Assembly (NCBI GenBank): GCA_051313645.2
Contig: JBNRSN020000011.1
Coordinates: forward strand, 125,860,001 to 125,924,000
From: Centroscyllium fabricii
Taxonomy: Eukaryota
Reading direction: 5' to 3'
Length of the DNA stretch: 64,000 nucleotides
In this document: positions 63,336-64,000 of the stretch, piece after piece
Position numbering within the stretch: the first letter of the stretch is position 1
Layout: each line of letters begins with the position of its first letter
Made by a program: the position numbers and the translations under genes
Notes under the pieces: model-generated
Databases searched by the model: none
Seen by the model: only the letters and a program-made list of their open reading frames with translations
What the model was told of the DNA's origin: nothing

Positions 63336-64000
63336 ACAATATCCTATGTGACTGTGGCTTGACTCATTATCCCTTTTTAACTTCTCTGCTGCCATTGACA
63401 CTGTTGTCCAATTTATTGTATTCTATGGTCTCTATTTCCAGCAACTCCAAGGCTGTTACTATCCCATCACTTGCGATTTCAGATCTTGGGTGAGCCCAAA
63501 TTTCTTTCAGCTCAATATTCCGAAACCAACACCTTTTCAGTTTCTGCTAACACACTTGTGCATTTGTCTCCACCTCACTAACCTCCCCCCCGCCCCCCAG
63601 CTGCTCGAGTGATCCTTGAGTCATAACAGCCCTGCTCTTTGGAATTCTCCCCCAAACCACTTCAATTTGCTACTTCTCTTCCTTCCTTCCTTCCGAGGCC
63701 TCTTAAAAACTTAATCATGCTTTTGTCTCTACACAATCTTTCCCGTCTCCTATTTGTTGTCCTCCTTACCCCGTAAACTGCCCTGAGACATTCGAATGGT
63801 GGCTGCTATATGCCAGTTAGCCTGAATTGATTGTGCTCTTCACTCAGAGTCAGAGGAGGACATTTTAATCCCCTTAACTGTCCATTCAAGAACCTGGGTA
63901 CATATTCTCAACTGATACTTTCGTGCAGTAGTGAGAGCGCGCTGCATTATTGGAGATGCTGTCATTTGGGTGAGATTTGAAGACTCAGGTCCTGTCTGCC

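Overview
Vertebrate genomic DNA, almost certainly a shark or other chondrichthyan, judged from HE1/V-SINE, DeuSINE, CR1 and Penelope repeat types. It contains the 5' end of RNF220 on the + strand: a probable non-coding exon 1 (~6990-7294) and exon 2 (8496-9236, CDS from 8609). A very large intron follows and runs past the end of the window. A second CpG-rich promoter at ~3.9-4.6 kb appears to drive a minus-strand first exon, possibly ERI3 by synteny (unverified). The intron is TE-free near exon 2 and heavily TE-nested distally. It holds two full-length LTR retrotransposons: a decayed Mag-type element (46221-50966) and a young, CpG-rich CsRn1/Kabuki-clade element (57359-61798). It also holds a 5'-truncated CR1 with an open RT frame, L2/RTE/CR1 fragments, SINEs and Penelope-derived hammerhead/palindrome remnants. 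A family of PIF/Harbinger-type MITEs carries a fixed-spacing RFX-CRE-CCAAT module and a conserved palindrome, and is linked to a longer Myb/SANT-encoding element. There are no tRNA/rRNA genes or CRISPR arrays. All calls were made by eye; no searches were run.
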